Of a stretch of 47,952 nucleotides of DNA, positions 7,715-16,657 are shown piece by piece. The DNA lies in the IMG/VR virus record IMGVR_UViG_3300037427_003832, positions 1 to 47,952 of that record; one strand, given 5' to 3'. The notes beneath the pieces were generated by a model. That model was not told the origin of the DNA, searched no databases, and saw only the letters and a program-made list of their open reading frames with translations. This stretch comes from a virus. Its lineage: Duplodnaviria > Caudoviricetes. Made by a program: the position numbers and the translations under genes. The number at the start of each line of letters is the position of its first letter. The stretch's first letter is position 1.

Positions 7715-9499
7715 CTACCATTCCTTTGAGTCACCATCAAATTCTTCGTTTTCATCTACTTTGTTGCTTGTGCCATCTGCTGAGTAGTCGGCAAACTCAA
7801 TTACTTCGAAGGGCCATGTGTCTCCTCGTTTGCAAAGCTCTGGCCATTCTCTAGCTTCTCTCTGCCCACGGTAGTGTCTGAACTCAATAAGTTGGGGATC
7901 AGTTGGATCAGGGGCTAGGGCAATACCAAACTCTGACCATCTTGACCATACGGCTGAACCGAATGGTCTTAGATCTCTTTGGCCACCTGATCCTAGCGGG
8001 GCATGGTGTTCTATCCATAGTGCGCAGTTATATGTGTGTCTAATGTAGTCTAAGAATCTAGCTACTTCAATTGATACTGATTCTGCTGTTCGTCCGCCCG
8101 GATCTAGGAAAGATTTGTATAGTGGACCAAAGAACAGTATGTCTGGCTCAACAGATGCAACATATTCTTCAACCATTGCCCTGTCCTCAGCTTTTAGTAG
8201 GTTAACGCCGTCTGGCTTCATTAGAAGGTGGGCGTCCATATCTTTGTGTTGGTCAAACCATTTGATTTTGTCATAGATTCGTTTTGATGTTCTTCTAATT
8301 ATTCTTTCAGGGTTTTCTAGATCAATCATGAGTGTCCTGACGGGCTTCATGGGTGAGCGTAAGAAGGGGTGTATTCCTGCAGAGGCCATCAACGCTACCT
8401 GTCTGGCTAATGTTGTTTTTCCTGCGCCTTCTGCGGCAACTACGACAACACGCTCTTGTCTTTCTAAAACGTTTGGAATAACCCAGTCATACGATAGGTC
8501 TACGTCCATTTCTAAGAACGGGCTCCATTCTACAAGGTTGCCTGTCTCTCTATGTTGCAGGGATGCGTCAGATAAAAATTTGTCAAATGAAGCCGATGCT
8601 TTACCTAGTATTACCCCTTGAGAGGCATCAGCAACTTTTAGTTGTTCTAAGGATGTTATTAGATCATCGATAGCCCCAACGTTTAGAAGGTCGTCACTAG
8701 TATTGGTTTCCTCGACAGATTCTTCAAATGGGATCAGTGCCTCTGCCAACTCTTCGCCTGCTTCAATCAAATCACTTACGTCTTTGTGTTTTCCGGGTTT
8801 GAATACTTTTACGTTGCTTCCTGCGTCCGTTAGCATTTTATGGACTGATCGTGCATGTAGATAGCCTGCTTCATCATTATCGCATATTATTATTACTTTT
8901 GCCCCCGCAAGAGAAGCTGTATGTTTTTCGGTCCATTTGTTTTGTCCCTCTGCGCCAGCCCCTCCGGGATTTGTGGTAGCTACTTTACCCAAGCTCTCTA
9001 GACTATGTACGTCTTTTTCGCCTTCAACTACATAAATTGGCACGCCTTGTTCTTTAGCAGACATAACTTGTGGTAGCCGATATAGTGGTTTTTCTAAACC
9101 TGATGTGCTCCAGTTCCACCCGCCGTTATTATCAGGCTGGCGTTGTCTGAATGTTTTCTTTCCGTCAGAGTCACGGTAGCGCAATACTTCCATAACAAGC
9201 TCTCCGGATTCACTGAAGTATTTGTAGGTGTCTTCTACCGTAAGTTTTTTCTTTTTAGGCTTGGCTGTATCTTTAGGAAATAGATCCTTAAGATCAAGGT
9301 CGATGCTTTTACATATCTCACTTATGTCACATCCTCCACCTCGCATGCACTTCATTAAAACTTGATTTTGATTGCCTACTGATATTCTTAAAGATGGATT
9401 CTCGTCATCATTTCTGCATGGACAGGAGGCATCCCATTGGTTTTCTCCTGCTTTTGTGTGGTTTACTCTTGCTAAAACATCTTCGATTGGATTACTCAC
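7715..9499 (-). CDS. DNA primase-helicase (Zn-binding + TOPRIM + AAA_25/RepA-like helicase)
   Basis: CPC..DD.NPSL, VVEGEKD, ICDNDEAG (TOPRIM); AEGAGKT Walker A, IDLENP, IEHH. Confidence 0.9.
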   Translation of the reverse strand: MSNPIEDVLARVNHTKAGENQWDASCPCRNDDENPSLRISVGNQNQVLMKCMRGGGCDISEICKSIDLDLKDLFPKDTAKPKKKKLTVEDTYKYFSESGELVMEVLRYRDSDGKKTFRQRQPDNNGGWNWSTSGLEKPLYRLPQVMSAKEQGVPIYVVEGEKDVHSLESLGKVATTNPGGAGAEGQNKWTEKHTASLAGAKVIIICDNDEAGYLHARSVHKMLTDAGSNVKVFKPGKHKDVSDLIEAGEELAEALIPFEESVEETNTSDDLLNVGAIDDLITSLEQLKVADASQGVILGKASASFDKFLSDASLQHRETGNLVEWSPFLEMDVDLSYDWVIPNVLERQERVVVVAAEGAGKTTLARQVALMASAGIHPFLRSPMKPVRTLMIDLENPERIIRRTSKRIYDKIKWFDQHKDMDAHLLMKPDGVNLLKAEDRAMVEEYVASVEPDILFFGPLYKSFLDPGGRTAESVSIEVARFLDYIRHTYNCALWIEHHAPLGSGGQRDLRPFGSAVWSRWSEFGIALAPDPTDPQLIEFRHYRGQREAREWPELCKRGDTWPFEVIEFADYSADGTSNKVDENEEFDGDSKEW

Positions 9500-9956
9500 T
9501 GTTGCTGTACCTTTCTAAAATATAAGATTCTCTAACTTTCTCATACAAAGAAGTAAACATAGCACGGTCAGAGTTTGTTGTTAGAGCTGTGGCGTTTGCA
9601 CCAAGTCTTTTGATTGTTGTGGTTAGGACAGGATGTGGCTTTTCATAATCATAAGTACCACTATATATCTTTTGCCCTATCGATTGGAGTAGGGTCCATG
9701 CTTCTTCTGGCTCAGGTGGAAGGCTTTCCCCACTGATTCTTGCCATTGTCGCAATTCTAACTTCTCCCGGCCTTGGAATCCACCTTCTGCCAGACAATCC
9801 CATTTCTTTGACTGTCTGTTTAACGTCGTCGTAGGGTAAATCCCCAATATATTCCCAGTAGCCTTTGGCTCTAACTGTTAGTGATGATTGGTCAATGGGT
9901 TTGTCCCATGTGACACTTAGCAGTTCTGTAACATGTAAGCACTCTTGTTTATCCAT
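9492..9956 (-). CDS. Possible replicative helicase loader/inhibitor-like protein
   Basis: W...L.DLPY....P.PGEVR...PEEAW pattern; directly upstream of the primase-helicase; AAAGGAG RBS. Confidence 0.55.
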   Translation of the reverse strand: MDKQECLHVTELLSVTWDKPIDQSSLTVRAKGYWEYIGDLPYDDVKQTVKEMGLSGRRWIPRPGEVRIATMARISGESLPPEPEEAWTLLQSIGQKIYSGTYDYEKPHPVLTTTIKRLGANATALTTNSDRAMFTSLYEKVRESYILERYSNSE

Positions 9957-9982
9957 ATTGCTCCTTTATAGCATAAAAGTAT

Positions 9983-10090
9983 AGCGAGTTGTCGGCGGAG
10001 TCCATCATTCCAGACCATCTCTCTTACCGTTGGCTTAGCTCATATTCCTTGAAGGACCAGAGCCAGTCCCACTGACCGATAACTACACTA
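9983..10090 (-). ncRNA. Candidate structured RNA downstream of ssb
   Basis: GC-richer intergenic segment closed by an AGUUAUCGG/CCGACAACU stem with two internal hairpins. Confidence 0.4.
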
Positions 10091-10100
10091 GTTATGTTGT

Positions 10101-10535
10101 TTAGAAGTCTTCAAACGGATCTGAAGATGGAACTGTTGCTTTTCCACTAGCAGTAGTGCTTGCGCCTGCTGGTGCAGCTTTTCGTGGCTTTCTAGTTACG
10201 TTTTCAATTCCATAAACGTTTACGCCAACAGTGTCAGCCACCAATTCTACCGTAGAACGGTTTGCTCCAGATTCTTTATCTTGCCAAGTACGTTGTTCAA
10301 GACGTCCTTTGACTAGAACTGGTAAACCTTTTTCTAGAACGTTTGCAGCATCTTCAGCGACTTTGCGCCATGCTACAACATTAAAGAATGATGTTTCTCC
10401 TGTCCATTCACCATTGACCTGATATCGTCTTTCAGACGCAACTGAAAAAGAAACTCTAGCGCTTCCATTCGAAGCATACTTAAGTTCAGGGTCAGCGGTG
10501 ATATTACCTGTTACTACAACATCTGCGTTACTCAT
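10101..10535 (-). CDS. ssb: Single-stranded DNA-binding protein
   Basis: GNITADPELKY...FFNVVAWR...GRLEQRTW; acidic tail DPFEDF. Confidence 0.95.
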   Translation of the reverse strand: MSNADVVVTGNITADPELKYASNGSARVSFSVASERRYQVNGEWTGETSFFNVVAWRKVAEDAANVLEKGLPVLVKGRLEQRTWQDKESGANRSTVELVADTVGVNVYGIENVTRKPRKAAPAGASTTASGKATVPSSDPFEDF

Positions 10536-10574
10536 ATTGATCTCCTTAAGATTTAACTATTTACAGATATAAGT

Positions 10575-10638
10575 ATCTTATGTAATATTTTGAGTCGTGT
10601 CAAGACTGCTTGCAAAAAAAATTTATTTTTATTAAGAT
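10575..10638. promoter_or_regulatory. Divergent promoter pair
   Basis: Minus: TTGACA(10603-10598)-N17-TAAGAT. Plus: TTGCAA(10610-10615)-N17-TAAGAT(10633-10638), 7 nt before ATG 10646. Confidence 0.65.
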
Positions 10639-10645
10639 AATCCAT

Positions 10646-10852
10646 ATGGACGAAAACGAAATAAAGCAAGCGAAGGTAAAACTTCTTCAGCACTTTGTCA
10701 CGGTTATGGTTGAATTAGCCGAACCTGAAGATGATGAGTTTGATGAGATTACTGATGACTTTATAAATGTGGTTGATTTGATTTTTGAAGCAACAGGTCT
10801 TACTATTGAATCTGTAGATGAGTCTAAGGTTACCGCATCATTCATGATTTGA
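10646..10852 (+). CDS. Small acidic hypothetical protein
   Basis: MDENEIKQ...; leaderless promoter geometry. Confidence 0.65.
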   Translation: MDENEIKQAKVKLLQHFVTVMVELAEPEDDEFDEITDDFINVVDLIFEATGLTIESVDESKVTASFMI

Positions 10853-11443
10853 TTGATAATCAACATGATCTAAAAAGTGCTTACGGCACATAACCTTATA
10901 AGCTACTACAGTGGTGTTGTCAACTATTTCGTCAGCACCATCAAATATGCGTTTGCCGTTTGTGTAAAGAGCGTTGTGTGTTGCAGGTTTTCCACACCAG
11001 CATCGCATGTTGTTGTTTAGTTGGTTGAAGCAATCTGCCAATTCTAACAATCTTTTAGAAGCAGGAAACATGGAGCCTTTGTATGTGGTTAACAGGCCGT
11101 AAGCATGTACTTCCACGCCCCGTACATCTGCAACATACGCTAATTCGTCAATTTGTGGTGTGCTTAAAAATTGCACTTCATCTAAAAATAAATACCTAAT
11201 GTGGTGCCGTCGCTCGTTTTCTTCTTTTTCAAGTATGTCCATTATGCTTGAGTCATCATCAACATTTACGGCAATAGTGGCATTTCCAGACCTGTTACTA
11301 CAAACGCACTTTCCTGATCTGTCATTTTTTGTAATAAGCAAAACTTCACCCGGAAATGCAGCATCAATGTTAAAATGGGTTTGCAGCAAATGCGTTGTTT
11401 TGCCAGAAGACATCGTTCCTACGTTAAAAACTATTTTACCCAT
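10838..11443 (-). CDS. tdk: Thymidine kinase
   Basis: GTMSSGKT, DEVQF, YGL...G..F..S..L..LAD, C-terminal CWCG...CRKH Zn site. Confidence 0.93.
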   Translation of the reverse strand: MGKIVFNVGTMSSGKTTHLLQTHFNIDAAFPGEVLLITKNDRSGKCVCSNRSGNATIAVNVDDDSSIMDILEKEENERRHHIRYLFLDEVQFLSTPQIDELAYVADVRGVEVHAYGLLTTYKGSMFPASKRLLELADCFNQLNNNMRCWCGKPATHNALYTNGKRIFDGADEIVDNTTVVAYKVMCRKHFLDHVDYQSNHE

Positions 11444-11460
11444 ATGTATTTATTATAAGA

Positions 11461-11694
11461 TTATGATTGCTGTGCAGAGTTCCACAAACTAGACCTAGTG
11501 GGATTATTTACATGGCTCTCTGTAGCAGGGACATTGGCTTTGCCTTTTATGGTTGGTGCAGAAAATATTTTTTTAACATCCATTATTTTACCGCTTTTTG
11601 GATGGGCCATTTCTGTTAGTGCGTCATCAGACATGGGCTGATAAACAGTTACCGTTTCGTCTGTATCAATAAACTTATAGGTGTAATGGGGCAT
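11461..11694 (-). CDS. FmdB-like small regulatory protein lacking the Cys ligands
   Basis: MPHYTYK...VYQPMSDDALT...KKIFSAP pattern of the FmdB family. Confidence 0.6.
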   Translation of the reverse strand: MPHYTYKFIDTDETVTVYQPMSDDALTEMAHPKSGKIMDVKKIFSAPTIKGKANVPATESHVNNPTRSSLWNSAQQS

Positions 11695-11696
11695 TG

Positions 11697-12503
11697 CTAA
11701 ACCTCTGCGGTTAGAGCATTCCAAGTGTCTTTGTCAATCACGCCTGTTTCTGGCAAGCCATATGAAAATTGCAGTAGCTTAATACTGTTTTCCATTTCTT
11801 TATCAAAGTCACTTCCACTAAGTTTTAAAAACTCTTTTATTTCTGGAATTTTCTTTGATTTAGATCCTATTCTAAGTGGTCTGCCCGGATATTTACCAAG
11901 TACGGTTTCTTCCTCTACTTGATTTTCCTCTGGAGCAAACGCTTCATTCCATATTTCTGCCATGTCGTCAGGAAGTATTGAATAGTGGAACCAAGTTTCA
12001 CACGAAGTTGTTGGCAATACACCCGTGGCTGGTTGCCACTCACCCCTGTTTAGACGAGCAATGTCTAAAGATCTTCCTTGTGTAGGGAAGTACCCTAGTT
12101 TTTGATCAACATTTAAATGAGGCAAATTCAAGAATAAAAAGTTTTCTAATATCGATTTAGCGTGTTTGTCTAGTTCTGCATGGTTATGACCAACAACATT
12201 TATCCAGTAACTTGTTGTATCTCGATTAGGGAGGTAAAGTGCATGCTCAGGATAGGCGCAAGCAGCTTTAGTTAAATCTGTATGATTGTACAAAACTTTA
12301 TTTTCGGTGTCTAAGGTTGCATGAGGAGCGGCTTTGTTATTTTCATAAATTCTAAAAGCTTCTTCCGCAGTCGCACAACCTGTTAGGCCTATAATTAATT
12401 TATTATTTCCTTCGGACACCCGATCATAAACGTTTCCATTAGCTATAAACTTTAATGACTTATCAACTTGCTTTACGCCTGAAAATTGTAAAAACTTATT
12501 CAT
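11697..12503 (-). CDS. Protein with C-terminal peptidoglycan-binding domain (endolysin/amidase-like)
   Basis: YPGRPLRIGS...Q..YGL..TG.ID..TW.AL (PG_binding_1 pattern); N-terminal part looks like a degenerate amidase. Confidence 0.6.
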   Translation of the reverse strand: MNKFLQFSGVKQVDKSLKFIANGNVYDRVSEGNNKLIIGLTGCATAEEAFRIYENNKAAPHATLDTENKVLYNHTDLTKAACAYPEHALYLPNRDTTSYWINVVGHNHAELDKHAKSILENFLFLNLPHLNVDQKLGYFPTQGRSLDIARLNRGEWQPATGVLPTTSCETWFHYSILPDDMAEIWNEAFAPEENQVEEETVLGKYPGRPLRIGSKSKKIPEIKEFLKLSGSDFDKEMENSIKLLQFSYGLPETGVIDKDTWNALTAEV

Positions 12504-12596
12504 ACTTGTTATTATACTGATATTCTCACCTTCCGCAAGTGTTGTCTTCAGTACAATATTTATGATCGTGCTATTTATTGTATTTAGGAGTATTCT

Positions 12597-15500
12597 TTGC
12601 GTATCAAAGGGGGTTTTTTTCGCAAGCTGTCCAAGGCATGTCTGGTTTGGTTCTTCATTGTGGCATTTGTCGCAGTTACCCCTGCTCATGCCACGAATCA
12701 TCAAGTTACTGGATTATCAGATTGGTACTTTTATTTAGACCAAGAAACTGAAATAACTCTGTATGGAAACTCAGATGAGGCTTGTAGCGAAATTAACTGG
12801 GAGACAACAGGCACTGATCCGTACCTTTTTTTGTACGACTACGATGATAACGATACCTATTTGACTGAAGACGATGATGCAGGACACATTGAAAACAGTC
12901 AGTGTGTTAGTGCTAAAATTACTGGAACATATCCGGCGGGTATCTATAGAATAAGGGCTGGTTACTGGGACGAGGACTCTGGGTCTACGGTAAACGGAGG
13001 CACAGGCAACCCAGACTATGTTCAGGATTGGGGAGACTTAACATATACTCTTGCTAGCAATAATATACCGCTGTATGATGTTGCTCCATCAGTTGGGCCA
13101 CCCATGAATTTAACTGTAACTGATAATGGCGACTCAATAACTCTAGACTGGGATGCACCTAACACGGGATACATTCCTGTTGAACGTTACGCAATATCTT
13201 GGAACATTCCGCCTAATGCTGGTTGGTCAATATCAACTGGAAACGTTGGAGATGCAGACGCTCTTAACACAGAAATAACTATTGCTTATTCAATATTTGC
13301 ACAACATGGGGGGTTAGGGCAAACATTCCGATTTGACATTAGATCGGACAATGATACCTATGGATATTACTCAGGTTGGTCTAATGAAGTAACAATTCTC
13401 ATTGGGGAGCCTGACACTGATGGTGATGGTGTCGTAGATAGTGCTGAAACTGAAGGCTGTGTTGACGATGTTGATTGTGACGATGACGGAACAGGTGACG
13501 CTACTGACCCAGATGACACTGACCCAGATGTTCCTGTTTTGACTGTAGACACAGATGGCGACGGTGTATTTGATGCAGAAGAAGACACTGGGTGTCAGAA
13601 CAGTACAGACTGTGATAGCGACGGTACAGATGATGCTCAAGATCCTGACGATCTTGACCCAGACGTTCCTACATTAACTGTCGATACGGATGGCGATGGG
13701 GTTTTTGATGCGGAAGAAACTGAAGGTTGCGAGGACGACGAGGACTGTGATAATGATGGCACAAATGACGCAGAAGATCCAGACGACACAGACCCTGACG
13801 TACCAACACTAACAGTTGATACAGATGGAGACGGTGTTTTCGATGCAGAAGAAACCGAAGGTTGTGCTGATGATACTGACTGTGATGACGACGGAACAGA
13901 TGACTTCCACGATGTAGACGATACAGATCCAGACATACCAACCCTTACCGTGGACACAGACGGAGATGGCGTGTTTGACGCTGAGGAAACTGAAGGCTGT
14001 GTAAATGATGAAGACTGTGACGATGATGGCACGGGAGACTTTGCGGACTCTGACGACACCAACCCAGACATTCCGGTATTAACAGTTGACACCGATAGTG
14101 ATGGAGTGTTTGACGCTGAAGAGGAAGAAGGGTGTGAAGATAACTCTGATTGTGATGACGATGGTACAGGAGATGCGGAAGACCCTGACGACTTTGACCC
14201 AGATGTTCCGTTTTTAACAGTGGACACTGACGGTGATGGTGTTTTTGATCAAGAAGAAGAAAACGGAACAGACCTTTATACAGGAGAAGAAGTCCAATGT
14301 ATGTATTTCGAAGACTGTGATAATGACGGAACAATGGACTTTGATGATCCCGAAGATCATGATCCAGACATTCCTGTTTGGACTATAGACGACGATGGTG
14401 ACGGAGAGTTTAACCAAGGCGAAGAAGAAGGGTGTGAGTACACGGTTGACTGTGATAACGATGGAACAAACGACCTTGAAGACCCAGATGATTATGAACC
14501 CGATGTGCCCGTATGGACTATAGACAACGATGGTGATGGTGTTTTTGACAGGGGCGAAGAGGCAGGTTGCGTTTGGGATACGGACTGCGACGATGATGGG
14601 ACGGGTGACTTTAATGATCCTGATGATTATGAGCCGGATGTTCCTGTATGGACAATCGACTCAGACGGTGACTTTGTTTTTGACAGGGGAGAAGAATTTG
14701 GTTGTGAGGAACTGGTAGACTGTGACTTTGATGGAACTTGGGACTTTGAAGACCCTGACGACTTTGACCCAGACTTACCTTTCCTAACAGTTGACTCCGA
14801 TGGTGACCTTGTATTCGACCAAGAAGAGTTTGAACAATGTATTGAAAATCCTGACTGTGATTTTGATGGAATTGAAGACTTTGAAGATATTGACCCCCTT
14901 GATCCGGATGCGCCTTTCCTCACAGTTGACACTGATGGAGACGGAGTGTTTGATGCAGAAGAATGGTTCAACGACGAAGTGGACTGTTTGTGGGACCCAG
15001 ACTGTGATGGAGACGGCTTTACAGACGACATTGACCCAGACCCGTTAGACCCGAACGTGCCCGTTGAGATGGTCACGGTAAATGGGGAGGAAGTTGAATT
15101 TACGTTTGTTGATGAAGACACAGGAGAGGAACTGTCAGTGGTAGAATTCTTTGAAGAGTTTGAAGTTGACGAAGAAGACCAAGAACTTGCCCTAGAGTTC
15201 AATGAACTTGGTATTGACATTGAAGATGTAAACCTTTCTGAAGTTGACGTTGCTGAAGAAAAAGTTATTGAAGATTTAGATGCAATCGACGAAGAGTTCG
15301 CTGAGGACTTTCTTGATATTGTAGACGGTGAGGTAACCGTAGAAGAAATTGAAAACGTATTGGAAAATGAAGAAGTGTTTGATCAAATAGTTGATGAAGG
15401 CGGAGCCGCCGTTCAAATATTAGTTCAAGCGGTTAACGAAGCAGACGATGATGTCAAAGCTCAATTTGAAGAAGAAGTAGATATTTTTGAAGACGAAGCT

Positions 15501-15734
15501 TTTAATGACTATGTTGCTGAAGGATCTGCCGTCGATACCGAGACTCGAAGGACGGTTGTGGCTGTTACGGCGGCTACGACTGCAGTGGCGGCAGCTTCAG
15601 CCGCAAGGCCTTCAGCATCTAGCACAGCCGGACCTTCCCCATCTGCCACTGGTGGTGGCGGAGGTTCCGCTGGTGCCACTTCAGGTAGCTCTGGTGGCGG
15701 TAGAGGATCGTCAAGAAACATTAGAAGAAGGTAG
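12597..15734 (+). CDS. Large secreted/membrane-anchored acidic protein with FN3 domain and 12 Ca-binding thrombospondin type-3-like repeats
   Basis: AGGAG RBS + TTG start; signal peptide ending PAHA; FN3 (GPPMNLTV...LDWDAP...RSDND...YSGWSNEV); DxDGDG repeats; hydrophobic Ala/Val stretch then a Gly/Ser/Arg tail. Confidence 0.8.
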   Translation: MRIKGGFFRKLSKACLVWFFIVAFVAVTPAHATNHQVTGLSDWYFYLDQETEITLYGNSDEACSEINWETTGTDPYLFLYDYDDNDTYLTEDDDAGHIENSQCVSAKITGTYPAGIYRIRAGYWDEDSGSTVNGGTGNPDYVQDWGDLTYTLASNNIPLYDVAPSVGPPMNLTVTDNGDSITLDWDAPNTGYIPVERYAISWNIPPNAGWSISTGNVGDADALNTEITIAYSIFAQHGGLGQTFRFDIRSDNDTYGYYSGWSNEVTILIGEPDTDGDGVVDSAETEGCVDDVDCDDDGTGDATDPDDTDPDVPVLTVDTDGDGVFDAEEDTGCQNSTDCDSDGTDDAQDPDDLDPDVPTLTVDTDGDGVFDAEETEGCEDDEDCDNDGTNDAEDPDDTDPDVPTLTVDTDGDGVFDAEETEGCADDTDCDDDGTDDFHDVDDTDPDIPTLTVDTDGDGVFDAEETEGCVNDEDCDDDGTGDFADSDDTNPDIPVLTVDTDSDGVFDAEEEEGCEDNSDCDDDGTGDAEDPDDFDPDVPFLTVDTDGDGVFDQEEENGTDLYTGEEVQCMYFEDCDNDGTMDFDDPEDHDPDIPVWTIDDDGDGEFNQGEEEGCEYTVDCDNDGTNDLEDPDDYEPDVPVWTIDNDGDGVFDRGEEAGCVWDTDCDDDGTGDFNDPDDYEPDVPVWTIDSDGDFVFDRGEEFGCEELVDCDFDGTWDFEDPDDFDPDLPFLTVDSDGDLVFDQEEFEQCIENPDCDFDGIEDFEDIDPLDPDAPFLTVDTDGDGVFDAEEWFNDEVDCLWDPDCDGDGFTDDIDPDPLDPNVPVEMVTVNGEEVEFTFVDEDTGEELSVVEFFEEFEVDEEDQELALEFNELGIDIEDVNLSEVDVAEEKVIEDLDAIDEEFAEDFLDIVDGEVTVEEIENVLENEEVFDQIVDEGGAAVQILVQAVNEADDDVKAQFEEEVDIFEDEAFNDYVAEGSAVDTETRRTVVAVTAATTAVAAASAARPSASSTAGPSPSATGGGGGSAGATSGSSGGGRGSSRNIRRR
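13413..15063 (+). repeat. 12 degenerate tandem ~135-bp (45-aa) coding repeats
   Basis: Unit DTDGDGVFDAEETEGCxDDxDCDDDGTxDxxDPDDxDPDVPxLTV counted 12 times in the translation. Confidence 0.92.
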
Positions 15735-15754
15735 ATAGAGGAAAGGAGGTTTCC

Positions 15755-15946
15755 ATGATTAAAAGATTAATAAGAGAAATGTATTACACATCTTGGACCC
15801 TAGGTGGCACTGCGTTGGTTCTCATCACTTTGTCGTCTGCGACCCTGACACAAGGAATATATATATCTGTGGCTGCTTTTGTATTTCATATGCTTGGAGT
15901 TGCTATAGACTATAGATATGACAAACGGAATCAAAACAATGACTGA
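15755..15946 (+). CDS. Small membrane protein (2 TM)
   Basis: AGGAGG RBS; two hydrophobic segments. Confidence 0.75.
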   Translation: MIKRLIREMYYTSWTLGGTALVLITLSSATLTQGIYISVAAFVFHMLGVAIDYRYDKRNQNND

Positions 15947-16202
15947 ACAATCAGTTCATTTAGCTATCAATACCTTGGGAAGAATTTTTGCTGTTTTTGC
16001 GATGAACTCAATGGCAATTATTGGAGGGTCCAGTCTTATAGGTGGAATCGATCCGTGGAAAGCTGCATTTTTGGCAGGTGTGACTGCAACAGCTACAGTT
16101 GTTCAGAAACTTGCTGCAGCTTATGCTGACGATGGCAAAATTACTGCTGACGAAATCGATGCTGCTTTTAGACTTTCACAAGCAAAATCTTCTGAAAGTT
16201 AA
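15939..16202 (+). CDS. Holin-like membrane protein
   Basis: Two TM segments, then DDGKITADEIDAAF. Confidence 0.65.
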   Translation: MTEQSVHLAINTLGRIFAVFAMNSMAIIGGSSLIGGIDPWKAAFLAGVTATATVVQKLAAAYADDGKITADEIDAAFRLSQAKSSES

Positions 16203-16314
16203 GCTATACTTTGCATAAACGTTACTTTCGGGTACATATAGGCATGTGGTAGAATATTTATGTAGAGAACACTAGTGTTTTCTGCTTTAATATCCCCTAA
16301 CTAGGAGAAATAAT

Positions 16315-16521
16315 ATGCCTGAAATTAACATGGACATCTTAAAGCAAGTTGGAGAGCGTGCGGCTATGACCTTCGCTCAAACATTTGCTGCGATGTTTGT
16401 AGTTACTGATCTAAGTTCAGCTAAAGGTGCTGCAACTGCTGCGATTGCTGCTGCATTATCTGTAGTTAAATCTTTTGTTGCAACTAAAGTTGGCGACAAA
16501 GATTCTGCATCGGTGATATAA
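16315..16521 (+). CDS. Holin (r1t-like actinophage type)
   Basis: ERAAMTFAQTF...A..AA.LSV.KS motif; AGGAG RBS. Confidence 0.75.
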   Translation: MPEINMDILKQVGERAAMTFAQTFAAMFVVTDLSSAKGAATAAIAAALSVVKSFVATKVGDKDSASVI

Positions 16522-16529
16522 ATCATCGC

Positions 16530-16558
16530 TTGATCGTAGAATAGTAGATCAGTATAAT
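16530..16558 (+). promoter_or_regulatory. Promoter for an ORF-less transcript
   Basis: TTGATC-N17-TATAAT. Confidence 0.6.
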
Positions 16559-16564
16559 AAATAA

Positions 16565-16657
16565 AAAGTTAGGGGAATTGGATTTTTCGCTCCTTTGTTG
16601 TATCCCTTACCGCTAACTAGAATGGTCCCCAGCCTTAATCGGCTGGGGATTTTTCTT
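16565..16657 (+). ncRNA. Candidate ~90-nt sRNA
   Basis: Has its own promoter and terminator; AGUUAG/CUAACU stem enclosing a CUCCUUU anti-SD; no ORF. Confidence 0.5.
16626..16657 (+). terminator. Rho-independent terminator
   Basis: TCCCCAGCC-ttaatc-GGCTGGGGA followed by TTTTTCTTT. Confidence 0.85.

Noticed and set aside
13413-15063. Regularly spaced repeats resembling a CRISPR array
   Set aside because: The units are degenerate at third codon positions and encode a protein repeat; there is no constant repeat with unique spacers.
13367-15721. Ser-rich minus-strand ORFs
   Set aside because: They are antisense shadows of the Asp/Glu-rich repeat gene.
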